Source: Heterodontus francisci
Taxonomy: Eukaryota
Length of the DNA stretch: 64,000 nucleotides
Assembly: GCF_036365525.1 (NCBI RefSeq)
Contig: NW_027142279.1
Location: 62,001 to 126,000, forward strand
Direction of reading: 5' to 3'
In this document: positions 51,601 through 64,000 of the stretch, piece after piece
How the letters are laid out: each line of letters opens with the position of its first letter
Position numbering within the stretch: position 1 is the stretch's first letter
Program-made: the position numbers and the translations under genes
The notes under the pieces: generated by a model
What the model saw: the letters and a program-made list of their open reading frames with translations, nothing else
What the model was told of the DNA's origin: nothing
The model's database searches: none

Positions 51601-54600
51601 GGCGGAACCCAAACTGACCATCACTGAACAGGTAACTGCTGAGTAAGTGCCGCTTGATAGCACTGTCAACGACACCTTCCATCATCTTACTGATGATAGA
51701 GAGTAGACTGATGGGACGGTAATTGGGTGGGTTGAACTTGCCCTGCTTTGACTTGTCCTGCTTTTTATGCACAGGACATGCCTGGGCAGTTTTCCACATT
51801 GCAGGGTAGATGCCAGTGTTGTAGCTGTACTGGAACAGCTTGGCTAAGGATGCAACAAGTTCTGGAGCACAGGTCTTCAGTACTACTTCCGGGATATTGT
51901 CAGGGCCCATAGCCTTTGCAGTATCCAGTGCCTTCAGTCATTTCTTGATATCAAGCGGAGTGAATCGAATTGACTGAAGACTGACATCTGTGATGCTGGG
52001 GATTGCAGGAGAAGGCCGAGATGGATCATCAACTCAGCACTTCTGGCTGAAGATTTTTGCAAATGCTTCAGCCTTATCTTTTGCACTGATGTGCTGGGCT
52101 CCCTGATCATTGAGGATGGGGATATTTGTGGGGCCACCTCCTCCAGTTAGTTGTTTAATTGTCTACTACCATTCACGACTGGATGTGGCAGGACAAGAAA
52201 TACTGGAATCACTCAGCGGGTCTGGCAGCATCTGTGGAAAGAGAAGCAAAGTTAACGTTTCGGGTCAGCGACCCTTCTTCGGAACTCATTTGATCCGTTG
52301 GTTATGGGATCGCTTAGCTCTGTCCATCGCATGCTAATTATGCTGTTTGGCATGCAGATAGTCCTGTGTTGTAGCTTCACCAGGCTGACACCTCATTTTG
52401 AGGTATGCCTTGTGCTGCACTTTGCATGCCCTCCTGCACTCTTCATGGAACCAGGTTTGGTCTCCTGGCTTGATGGTCATGATCGAGTGGGGGATATACC
52501 GGACCATGAGGTTACAGATTGTAGTTGAGTACAATTCTGCTGCTGCTGTTGTTCCCACAGCACCTCATGGATGCCCATTGTTACATTGCTAGATTTGTTT
52601 GAATCTATCCCATTTAGCATGGTGATAGTGCCACACAACACGATGGACGGTATCCTCAATGTGAAGGTGGGACTTTGGCTCCACAAGGACTGTGCGGTGG
52701 TCACGCCCACCAAGACTGTCATGGACAGATGGATATGTGGCAGGCAGATTGGTGAGGATGAAGTCAAGTATATTTTCTCCTCTTGTTGGTTCTGTCATCA
52801 CCTACCGCAGTCCCAGACTAGCAGCTTTGTCTTTTAGGACACGGCTAGCTCGGTAAGGAGTGGGCTGCAGTGACTGAGAGGAGTGGTCTGCAGAGACTGA
52901 GGGGAGTGGGATGTAGTGACTGAGCGAATGAGATGCGGTGACTAGGTGGAGTAGGATACAGTGAATGTGGGGAGTGGGATGTAGTGACTGAGGGGAGTGG
53001 GGTGGAGTGACAGGGGAGTGGGAGGTAGTGACTAAGGGGTGTGGGATGCAGTGATTGAGTGGAGTGGGAAGTAGCGACTGAGGGGAGTGGGATGCAGAGA
53101 CTGAGGGGAGTGGGATACAGTGACTGAGCGAATGAGATGCGGTGACTAGGTGGAGTAGGATACAGTGAATGTGGGGAGTGGGATGTAGTGACTGAGGGGA
53201 GTGGGATGTAGTGACTGAGGGGAGTGGGATGTAGTGACTGAGGAGAGTGGGGTGTAGTGACTGAGGAGAGTGGGGTGTAGTGACAGGGGAGTGGGAAGTA
53301 GCGACTGAGGGGAGTGGGATACAGAGACTGAGGGGAGTGGGATACAGTGACTGACGGGAGTGGGATGTAGTGACTAAGGGGAGTGGGATGCTGTAATTGA
53401 GGGAAGTGGGATGTAGTGACTACTGAGTGTGATGTGGTAACTGAGGGGAGTAGGATGTAGAGAAGCGGGGAGTGAGGTGCAGTGACTGAAGGGAATGGTA
53501 TAGAGTGATTCGGTGGAGTGGGTACAGTGACATAGAGAAGTGGGATGCAGTGATTGAGGGGAGTGGGATGCAGTAATTGAGGGGAGTGGGATGCAGCGAC
53601 TAAGGGGAGAGGGATGCAGTGACTGAGGGCAGTGAGATGTAGTGACTGAGGGGAGTGGGATGTAGTGACTGTGGGGAGTGGGATGTAGCGACTGATGGGA
53701 GTGGGTGCACTGACTGAGGGGAGTGGGTGCAGTGAGTGAGGGGAGTGGGATGCTGTAATTGAGGGAAGTGGGTGTAGTGACTGAGGGGAGTGGCATGCAG
53801 TGACTCAGGGGAGTGTGATTCAGTGACTGTGGGGATTGGGATACAGTGACTGTGGGGAGTGGGATACAGTGACTGAGGAGAGTGTGATACGGTAACTGAG
53901 GGGAGTGTGTTCCCTTCCATTTATCATCACATCCTCCCCGGTTTCACTTGTCACTAGAACTTTTCCCAGTTCTGATGTAAGGTCACATATTAACATTAAA
54001 CATCTTTCTGTCACTCAGTCACAGACTCTGCACTCACTGACCCGTGTGTAAATCACACAGTCCTGGACCAGCCCTGGAGGAGCAGCGATTGTGATGTCAC
54101 TGGGTGCTCCGGTCAGGAGAAGTGTGATGATAACCTTGCTCAAGGATGGTACAGATTTAAAAGGTAATGTAAAGGAACAATTTCAGGGTAATCTAGTCAA
54201 TATGGGCAGAGTAAGGGATTTCCCCCAGTTTCTGGTACTATCTGCTGGTACCAGTCTCTCTAACAGTTAATATTTGCCATCAGTTCAGGGACTGACTCTG
54301 TGATTTTTGTTTCAGTTCTGGTGGATGGAAGATTCCGGAGACTGCTGTCCCAGATTTTCACTGTTCCACACATGTTACAGGCTGGTTAAATGGTAATTTC
54401 AGCCTTGAGAATATCAGATTTACATTCACTGTACAGCACTGTTCACATGGGTTACAGTCTTCAATATTTATAAACTCTCATTTCAGGTTCCCATCCCAGC
54501 GTGGGACAGGGGGAAGTAACACGGACAGTTTGTTTATCCTGGGGTAGAAAACACTGCGACAAGGTCCATGAGATAAAGATCAAAAACTGCAGCAGTTACT

Positions 54601-57600
54601 TCGTTTATGAGTTGAAGTCCTTGTTTTATTGCGCTGCGTATTGTACAGGTACATTGATGCTTCTATATCATCCAGAGGGTGATTCTGGGATGTCCCGTGT
54701 CACCCACAGAAATGAGACGGTTTACTCACTCCCCTCCTTATTGTCAGGGACACAGTGAATAAAGGATCTGAAACACAAAGTGTACTTCACTGAAACTCTA
54801 GGGAACTGAACCAGACTCTGCTGTCTCTGTCTATCAGGCACTCTGATCCCTGCAGTGTTCATGGCTCACGTCAGGTCCCCACTGCAGTGCTGGGCACCTC
54901 ACACTCCCTCTCCAGGAAGCAATGTTCACGAGGAGTTGGATAGGATCTTCGAGGGTTTGATAAAGATGAAAATCTGACACTGTCTGGACTAGAGAACTAA
55001 ATAAACGAGATCTTCGGGTTTTCTCCACTCTGCCCTCTTCCTTTATTACAGATCCAGAGACTGTCGCAACTGAGGAACCCGAGGAACAAACAACTCGAGA
55101 ATCCACTAGGGGATCATCGTCTACCCCAGCGGTGTCTGGAACATCAGGTATCCCCCTTGTGGGGTGCATTTGAAACAGATTCCACACCCAATGTTGCACC
55201 ATAGAAGATCAGTCCTCGAGATCATCCAGTCTCTTACTGAGGGAAGTGGGATGGAGTGACTGCGGGAAGTGGAAGGGAGTGAATGAGGGAAGTTGGATGG
55301 AGTGACTGAGGGGAGTGGGATGGGGTGACTGAGGGAAGTGGGATGGAGTGACTGAGGTGAGTGGGATGGGGTGACTGAGGGGAGAGGGATGTGGTGACTG
55401 AGGAGACTGGGATGGAGTGACTAAGGAGAGTGGGATTATGTAATTGAGGGGAGTGGAATACATAGACTGAGGGGAGTGGGATGTAGTGACTGAGGGGAGT
55501 GGGATGTAGTGACTGAGAGGAGTGGGATGCACTGACTGAGGGGAGTGGGATGCAGTGACGGAGGGGAATGGGATGCAGTGGACTGAGGGCAGTGGGATGC
55601 AGTAATTGAGGGGAGTGGGATGTAGTGACGGAAGGGAGTGGGATGCAGAGGCTGAGGGGATTGGGATGCAGTGACTGGGGAGTGGAATGCACTGATTGAG
55701 GGGTGTGGGATGCAGTGACTGAGGGGAGTGGGATGCAGTGACTGAGGGGAGTGGGATGCACTGATTGAGGGGAGTGGGATGCAGTGACTGAGAGGAGTGG
55801 GATGCAGTGGCTGAGGGGAGTGGGATGGGGTGACTGAGGGGAGTGGGATGTGGTGATTGAGGGGAGTGGGAAGCAGTGACTGAGGGGAGTGGGATGCAGT
55901 GACTGAGGGGAGTTCTTTTGGGCCTCCTTATCTCGAGAGACAGTGGATACGCGCCTGGAGGTAGTCAGTGGTTTGTGAAGCAGCGCCTGGAGTGGCTATA
56001 AAGGACTGAGGGGAGTGGGATGATGTAATTGAGCGGAGTGGGATGCAGTAATTGAGGGAAGTGGGATGTAGAGACTGAGTGGAGTGGAATGCACTGATTG
56101 AGGGGTGTGGGATGCACCGATTGAGGGGAGTGGGATGCAGTGCCTGAGAGGAGTGGGATGCAGTGGCTGAGGGGAGCGGGTTGCAGTGACTGAGAGGAGT
56201 GTGATGCACTGATTGAGGGGAGAGAGATGCAGTGACTGAGAGGAGTAGGATGCAGTGGCTGAGGGGTGTGGGTTGCAGTGACTGAGGGGAGTGGGATGGG
56301 GTGACTGAGGGGAGTGGGATGTGGTGACTGAGGAGAGTGGGATGCAGTGACTGAGAGGAATGGGATGGAGGGACTGAGGGGAGTGGCATGATGTAATTGA
56401 GGGGAGTGGGATGCAGTGATTGAGGGGAGTGGGATGATGTAATTGAGTGGTGTGGGATGTCGTGACATGGGCAGTGCGATGCATGGACTGAGTGGAGTGG
56501 GATGCAGTGACTGAGGGAAGTGGGATGCAGTGACTGAGGGGTGTGGGATTTAGAGACTTAGGGGAGTGGGATGTAGAGACTGTGGGGAGTTGAATGTGGT
56601 GACTGAGGGGAGTGGGATGGGGTGACTGAGGGGAGTGGGATGTAGAGTCTGAGGGGAGTGGGATGTAGTGACTGAGGGGAGTGGGATGCAGTGACTGAGG
56701 GGAGTTAGATGCAGTGACTGAGGGGAGTGGGATGATGTAATTAAGGGGAGTGGGATTAAGTGACTGAGGGGAGTGGGATGCATTGACTAAGGGGACTGGG
56801 AAGTAATGATTGAGGGCAGTGGGAAGAAGTGATTAGGGGAGTGGCATGTAGTGGGTGAAGGGAGTGGGAAGTAGTGAGTGAGGGGAGTGGCATGTAGTGA
56901 GTGAGGGGAGTGGGATGTAGAGACTGAGAGGAGTGGGATGCAGTGACTGAGGGGAGTGGGATGTAATGACTGAGGGGAGTGCGATGTAGAGACTGAGGGG
57001 AGTGGGATGTACTGGCTGAGGGGAGTGGGATGTAGTGACTGAGGGGAGTGGGATGCAGTGACTGAGGGGAGTGGGATGTAATGACTGAGGGGAGTGCGAT
57101 GTTGAGACTGAGGGGAGTGGGATGTAGAAACTGAGGGGAGTGCGATGTAGAGACTGAGGGGAGTGGGATGTAGTGGCTGAGGGGAGTGGGATGTAGTGAC
57201 TGAGGGGAGTTGGATGCTGTGACTGAGGGGAGTGGGATGGAGAGACTGAGAGGATTGGGATGTAGTGATTGAGAGGAGTTGGATGCCGTGAATGAGGGGA
57301 ATGGGATGTAGAGACTGAAGGGAGTGCGATGTAGAGACTGAGGGGAGTTGGATGCCGTTACCGAGGGGAGTGAGATGTAGAGACTGAGAGGAGTGGGATG
57401 AGGTGACAGAGGGGAGTGGGATACAGCGTCTGAGGGTAGTATGATACAGTGACTGAGGGGTGTGATACAGTCACTCAGGGAGTGTGATACAGTGACTGAG
57501 GGGAGTGTGATACACTGACTGAGGTGAGTGGGACACAGTGACTGAGGGGAGTGTGATACACTGACTGAGGTGAGTGGGACACAGTGACTGAGGGGAGTGT

Positions 57601-60600
57601 GATACAGTGTCTGAGGTGAGTGGGACACAGTGACTGAGGGGAGTGTGATACAGTGTCTGAGGGTAGTATGATGCAGTCACTGAGGGGAGTGTGATACAGT
57701 GACAGAGGGTAGTGTGATACAGTGTCTGAGGGGGATGTGATACAGTGACTGAGGGGAGTGTGATACAGTGACTGAGGGGGATGTGATACAGTGACTGAGG
57801 GGAGTGTGATACAGTGACTGAGGGAGTGTGATACAGTGACTGAGGGGAGTGTGATACAGTGACTGAGGGAGTGTGATACAGTGACTGAGGGGAGTGTGAT
57901 ACAGTGACTGAGGGAGTGTGTTACAGTGACTGAGGGGAGTGTGATACAGCGACTGAGGGGAGTGTGATACAGCGACTGAGGGGAGTGTGATACAGTGACT
58001 GAGGGGAGTGTGATACAGTCACTGAGGGGAGTGTGATACAGCGACTGAGGGGAGTGTGATACAGTGACTGAGGGAAGTGTGATACAGCGACTGAGGGGAG
58101 TGTGATACAGTGACTGAGGGGAGTGTGATGCAGAGACTGAGGGGAGTGTGATACAGTGACTGAGGGGAGTGTGATACAGTGACTGAGGGGGATGTGATAC
58201 AGTGACTGAGGGGAGTGTGATGCAGAGACTGAGGGGAGTGTGATACAGTGACTGAGGGGAGTGTGATACAGTGACTGAGGGGAGTGTGATGCAGAGACTG
58301 AGGGGAGTGTGATACAGTGACTGAGGGGAGTGTGATACAGTGACTGAGGGGAGTGTGATACAGCGACTGAGGGGAGTGTGATACAGTGACTGAGGGGAGT
58401 GTGATGCAGAGACTGAGGGGAGTGTGATACTGTGACTGAGGGGAGTGTGATACTGTGACTGAGGGGAGTGTGATACAGTGACTGAGGGGGATGTGATACA
58501 GTGACAGAGGGTAGTGTGATACAGTCACTGAGGGGAGTGTGATACAGTGACTGAGGGGAGTGTGATACAGTGACAGAGGGTAGTGTGATACAGTCACTGA
58601 GGGGAGTGTGATACAGTGACTGAGGGGAGTGTGATACAGAGACTGAGGGGAGTGTGATACAGTGACTGAGGGGAGTGTGATACAGAGACTGAGGGGAGTG
58701 TGATACAGAGACTGAGGGGAGTGTGATACAGTGACTGAGGGCAGTGTGATACAGTTACGGAGGGGAGTGTGATACACTGACTGAGGTGAGTGGGACACAG
58801 TGTCTGAGGGGGATGTGATACAGTGACAGAGGGTAGTGTGATACAGTGACTGAGGGGAATGTGATACAGCGACTGAGGGGAGTGTGATACAGCGACTGAG
58901 GGGAGTGTGATACAGTGACTGAGGGGAGTGTGATACAGTGACAGAGGGTAGTGTGATACAGTGACTCAGGGAGTGTGATACAGTGACTGAGGGGAGTGTG
59001 ATACAGTGTCTGAGGTTAGTATGATACAATGACAGAGGAAGTGTGATACAGTGACAGAGGGGAGTGTGATGCAGTGACTGAGGGGTGTGTGATACAGTCA
59101 CTCAGGGAGTGTGATGCAGTGACTGAGGGGAGTGTGATACAGTTACGGAGGGGAGAGTGATACACTGACTGAGGGGAGTGGGATACAGTGACTGAAGGGA
59201 GTGTGGTACAGTGACTGAGGGGTGTGGGATGCAGTGACTGAGGGGAGTGTGATACACTGACTGAGGGGAGTGGGATACAGTGACTGAAGGGAGTGCGATA
59301 CAGTGTCTGAGGGGAGTGCGATACAGTGTCTGAGGGGAGTGTGATACACTGACTGAGGGGAGTGGGATACAGTGACTGAAGGGAGTGTGATACAGTGACT
59401 GAGGGGACTGCGCTACAGTGTCTGAGGGGAGTGTGAGACACTGTCTGTGGGGAGTGGGATACAGTGACTGAGGGGAGTGTGATACACTGTCTGAGGGGAG
59501 TGTGAGACACTGTCTGAGGGGAGTGGGATACGGTGAACTGAAGGGTGTGTGATACAGTGTTTGGGGGAGTGTGATACAGTGACTGAGTCGAGTGTGATAC
59601 ACTGTCTGAGGAGAGTGGAATGCAGTGACTGAAGGGAATATAATGCAGTGACTGAGGGGATTGTGATACAGTGAGCTGAAGGGAGTGTGAGACAGCGACT
59701 GAGGAGAGTGTGATACAGCGACTGACGGGACAGGGATACAGCGACTGAGGAGAGTGTGATACAGTGACTGAGGGGAATGTGATAAAGTGACTGAGGTGAG
59801 TGTAATGCAGTGACTGAGGGGTGTGTGATAGAGACTGAGGGCAGCATGATGCTCAAACTCAGGAATCCGAGGAACAATCGACTAGAGAATCTACTGAGGT
59901 TTCATCCACTACCCCAGCGGGCTCTAGAAGCTAAGGTATCTGCTTTGTGGGGTTATCATCGCAGAATCATGGAATCAAAGACTGGTTACGGCACAGAAAG
60001 TTTCTGTTCAGCCCATCTTCACTGAGCCAGCTCTCTGGCAGTGCAACTCACCTACTCCCACTCCTGCCATTTTCCTGTCGCCCTGCAGATTATATCTCCA
60101 ATGACAATTATCCAATTCCCTTTTGAAAGCCTCAATTAAACCTGCCTCCAGCACACTCTCATGCAGTGCATTTCAGATCCTAACCACTCACTGTGTGAAA
60201 AGGTTTCCCTGTCTCTGTTGTGACTTTTACCACTCACCTAAAACCGTTGCTCTCTAGTTCTGGATCCTCCCACCAAGAGGAACAGTTTTTCCCTGACTAC
60301 TCTGTCCAGTTCCCTCTTGATTATGAACATCTTGCTCAAATCTCGTCTTAATCGTCTCTTCTCCAGGGAGAACAGCCCCAGCTTCTCCGATCTATTCATG
60401 TCACTGACGTCCCTCATCCCGGGAGCCATTCTGGTAAATCTTCTCTGCACCCTCTCGAATACCTTAACATCCTTCCTAAGTATTGACAGCTCTCTCGACC
60501 TGTCTTGCCACCTTCAATGATTTGTGCACATGTCCCCCCAGGTCCCACTGCCCCAGCATCTCCTTTAGAATTGTATCCTTTATTTTATATTGCCTCTCGT

Positions 60601-63399
60601 TCGTCTGACCAAAAATGAATCACTTCACAATTCTCTGTGATAAATTTCATTTGCCAGTGTCTGCCCATCCCACCAGCCTGTCTATAACCTCCTGACGTCT
60701 ATTGCTATCCTCCTCACAGTTCACAATACTTCCACGTTTTGTGTCATCTGCAGATTTTGAAAGTGTGCCCTGTCCGCCCCAGTCTATGTCATTAATATAC
60801 ATCAGGAAAAACAGTGGTCTGAGCAATATTAGAGAGCAAAACATAGATGCACAGAGAATTAGGAGGGACAGATAACAAAGGAGTCGATAAGAGTATCGTA
60901 TGAGACGGGGACAGTGTAAGAGGAAAGGTGATGAGCTGTAAATTCAGTTTAATGTGTGTGTATGTGAATGCAATGAGAGTGGTAAATAAGGTTGTTGAGC
61001 TTCAGGCGCAGATAGCCACGTGGAAATATGATGTTGTGGCAATTACAGGGTCCTGGCTCGAAGAGGGGCAGGACTGGGTAGTGAATATTCCTGACTACAA
61101 GGTGTTCAGGAAAGAGAGGGGAGGAAGGAAAGGAGGAGGGGTATCAGTATTGATTAAGGGGAACATTACAGTGCTGTTTTCTTTTCTCACTCTTGTTCAC
61201 ACTCATTCCAGATCTCCCTTACTCTTTTCTGTCTCACACCTGTCGCCTTCCCTCCTTTTCTCTCACTCCTGCTCTCTGTTGTTCTCTGACTCCACTTTCC
61301 CCCTGTCGTTTCGCTGATCATTTTGATAATCTCCTGAGTTTTCTCTGTTAGTTTTTGTTTCTTGTTGGAGTAGTAACTGATTCTGCAGCCGATGATATCT
61401 TGTGTCCCCCCTCAGTAAAGGCTGGTATACATTGATTCAGTGTGTCGAGGGAGTTAGATTACATACGAGAGGAGGTTCTGTGTTGAAACACTTCTGTCCA
61501 CTCATCCAGCGTTCTGAATCCCAGTGAAATTCCTCTTGTCTTTATTTGACCCTCACAGACTCGGGGATTCCGTCTACTCCCGAGGAACCTCCCGACTCCC
61601 AGCCTGTTTCTGATGATGGTGGGAACATTTCAGATTCTCCACATTTCAGGAATATTAAATCCCTCCTCCTGTCTCAGTCTGGCACAAATATATCAGGACC
61701 GAGGGCCTCCAAACAGCTGTGTGATCGTTCTGTGTAGGGAAACCCATCGTTCTCACTCTCTCTCTCTCTGCCTAGTCTGTGCTGTCAGACAAGAGTTGCA
61801 GTCGCTTGTGTTCAGTATGACTGGATACATTGGGAAACACAGAAACGTAAACGTCCAGAAATTCCTTCAGAAATATCTTTGAGCTTCTATCTCACATCGC
61901 TCTCTCTGTAACTCTCAGTTTTATCTCTGTCTCTCTGTTTCTCCTTTATCTGCCTTTCACACGCATATATAAATATATTTCATTTCTGTAACCGCCTCTC
62001 TCCTATGTGGTTCTCAGTTTCTCCAGCTCCCTCTTTCACCTCACTCTGTCTCCCACTCTCTCTGATGTTCTGTCTCCCTGTCTGTCTCTCTGACTCTCAC
62101 TTTCTCTTTCTCTGTCTCTCTCACAGATGCTCTTTGTCTGTCTCTCTGTCTTTGTCTTTGTCAGAGGGACAGAGAGCATCAGAGAGAGAGAGAGAGTGAG
62201 AGTGATCGACAGAGACAGAGAAAAGGGCAGTGAGACCGGAGTAAACACGGAATGCAAATGATCCTGGGAGATGGAACAAGAGGCAACAGAGAAGAGAGTG
62301 CAGGATAGAGGATGATAACACAGGGAGGGCAGATTAGAGGCAAGACGAGTTGAGATAGAGAGAATAACAGAGACTGATGAACAAACGAGTGGATGACAAA
62401 CTGGAGGAAAGAGAGTTTAAATTAGAGAGGAGAGATCATTCGAAATACGTCCCGTGCCCTGTGCTAAACTCTGGGTGTGTTCAACCTGTTGATGTTGTGA
62501 CTGTTGTGTTTAGATACCAAATACAAGAGGATTAATGTGAAGATCACTTCAATGACTGATCTGGATGATGAAACTGCAAAGAGAATCGTTGTGGAGAGGG
62601 TAAGAGACTGCACTGTACTGAGGAGAAACACGGGAGACAACAGATCCTCCCTCTCACTGTCTGTATTCACTGAATGGGAACTCCAGGTCATTATTTAAAC
62701 AGCTCTAATTCCCCCTCTGCTTATCTTCTGGTCCCCCAGATCAGGCTTGTGAGGGGTTGAATGGGCTTCCTCCTGAGCCTGTGTGAAAGGCTGGAGAGGG
62801 GGTGAGGGGGCTGAATGGCCTTCTCCTGTTCCTGTGCATTAACTCGAAAGAGGGGCTGAATGGCCTCCTCCTGTTCCTGTGTAACAGACTCGAGGGGATG
62901 AATGGCCTCCTCGTTGTACGGTAACCTCTCTCTGGTCTTCCCTCTCACTCTCCCCATTCTCTCTTTATGTCCTTTCTATCTCTGTCTCTTTCTCTGCCTC
63001 GCTCACCCACTCTGTATTTCTCTTTCTTTGTCTTTCTTTCTGTCTGTGTCTGTCTCTCCCTCACTGCATCTCTGACGACCTCTCGCTCTCACGCACTCTG
63101 TTTCTCTACCTCTGTCTCAATCCCTGTAGCTCTCCCACCCTCTCTCTCCTTCTCTCCCTCTATCTGAGTATCTTTGCCTCACCCTGTCTCTCACTGTCTT
63201 GCCCCCACCCTCTCTCCCGATCTCTGTCTGTATCCTCTCTGTCTCTTTCTATTCACTCCTCCCTTTGCAGTAATACTCATCGTTTCTCCTCTCTGTGATG
63301 CAGATGAAGCACATGTTCCAGGATCAGTGTCCACACACGAAGCTCGAATTGGATCCAGAAGACGTTCAGTGCTCGGCTAGTGAGCCTGTGGAAGTGTGA
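48618..63399 (+). CDS. Secreted GP2/uromodulin/OIT3-like protein: two D8C domains, S/T/P/E linker and short C-terminal domain, no ZP module (~380 aa). Exons: 48618-48651, 50582-50726, 50880-50956, 51051-51215, 54019-54163, 54316-54392, 54487-54648, 55052-55147, 61559-61618, 62514-62599, 63304-63399
   Basis: DPCVNHTVLDQPWRS...CD..L..GWYRF...C.T...GWL.GSHP....G.VTRTVC...C...I.I.NCSSYFVYELK...C.AYCT occurs twice. All junctions are GT-AG with compatible phases (1143 nt total). D8C exons are solid; linker and tail exons are less certain. Confidence 0.78.
48710..50190. mobile_element. L2-clade LINE fragments (both orientations) in a D8C gene intron
   Basis: LIILLELSAVFDTIHH (LLDLSAAFDTVDH-like) and HITPVL.DLHW-like motifs. 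Confidence 0.65.
51540..52850 (-). mobile_element. LINE EN/RT fragment between the D8C repeats
   Basis: PTRGENILDFILTN; GPDNIP..VLK.CAPEL...NYRPISLLSIISK.MEG...QFGFR. Confidence 0.85.
52855..53910. repeat. ~22-23-bp G-rich minisatellite
   Basis: (gtgactgaggggagtgggatgca)n. Confidence 0.95.
55235..59830. repeat. ~4.6-kb ~22-23-bp G-rich minisatellite (unit drifts from gtgggatgca to gtgtgataca)
   Basis: Tandem array; source of the His/Pro/Ser ORFs. Confidence 0.95.
59856..59935 (+). pseudogene. Degenerate duplicate of linker exon 55052-55147 (5' part lost to minisatellite, TCA to TAA)
   Basis: actcaggaatccgaggaacaatcgactagagaatct...accccagcg...taag|gtatct aligns to the 55052 exon and its donor. 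Confidence 0.6.
59965..61175. mobile_element. CR1 LINE fragments: RT 3' part on minus (to ~60830) and endonuclease start on plus (~60900-61175)
   Basis: FLMYINDID...SKSADDTK; YVNA...NKVVEL...YDVVAITGSWL...RKGGGV. Confidence 0.8.
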
Positions 63400-64000
63400 A
63401 GGTGTTTGGACATGTCAACAAGCACCCGACACGTGTGATCCAGTCTCTGTGTGTTTTACATCCTCACTCAATCACTGTACCATCTTATCTTCACCTTGTT
63501 TAACTCAAGGAAATTGTCAGCAAAGGGTTAATCTCCGACTAGAAGTATGCTAATGTTAAACTGTAATTGGTCTGTCTTTATACTGCAGGGGTGTGGGAGC
63601 TTTACGCTATTGCTTTGTTAAATAGAGAACTACGATCCCATTTGTGTACAGTGACCACTGGTCAGCTGAACCCAGACTAACCTGACAGCTCTGGCCAGTT
63701 TCAGGATGAAGTGATCTCAGGTTTAATGAGGGAGTTTCTTTAAAGATCTACCATTGAGTAGAGGTCCCTAAACTTCATGGAGCTGTCAGCACTGAGAATA
63801 GGGGCAAGGAAAACAGTTGGTCCTTGTCCAAGGAGGACCTCAGGGTAGATAACATCTTTTAAATTGAGGGTTCATGCAGAATGGGGGATTGGTTGATGCT
63901 GAACTTTGCAGAATCAAAATATATTGAAAAGGAAAGCTTTCATTGAGTACAAAGCATTTATGTGTGGCATATGTCAAATGTTTAATAACAAAGGAAGGGA

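Noticed and set aside
55235-59830. G-rich intronic array as a switch-like region; long His/Pro/Ser ORFs
   Set aside because: Lacks AGCT hotspots, is not in an Ig constant-region context, and the ORFs are artefacts of the tandem repeat.
1-64000. D, J, C segments or germline-joined VDJ
   Set aside because: No FGxG J motif with an RSS, no C1 exon and no heptamer-to-heptamer signal joint were found by eye; all ten V exons retain unrearranged RSS.

Overview
Cartilaginous-fish (shark-type) genomic DNA, judged from HE1/V-SINE, CR1, L2 and RTE repeats and the V-gene families. Bases ~4.7-26.4 kb hold a tandem cluster of eight minus-strand T-cell receptor beta V segments. Each has a split leader exon, a V exon and a 23-bp-spacer RSS. 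They fall into three families: two ending CAWS/CAW (TRBV30-like) and one ending CACS (mouse TRBV1-like). Four are open and four are pseudogenes, and there is also an orphan leader whose V exon is missing. Further 5' are an intact V segment that looks TCR-delta-like rather than beta-like (38.2-38.8 kb) and a decayed V with an intact RSS (41.5-41.8 kb) that the ORF track does not show. Between these and the beta cluster, on the opposite strand, lies a two-coding-exon secreted AID/APOBEC-like deaminase (SNAD family) whose zinc motif reads CxE instead of HxE. The last 16 kb carry a secreted tandem-D8C (GP2/uromodulin decoy-module) gene with no ZP module. No D, J or C segments were found, so they probably lie left of the window. 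All family assignments come from motif recognition by eye; no searches were run.
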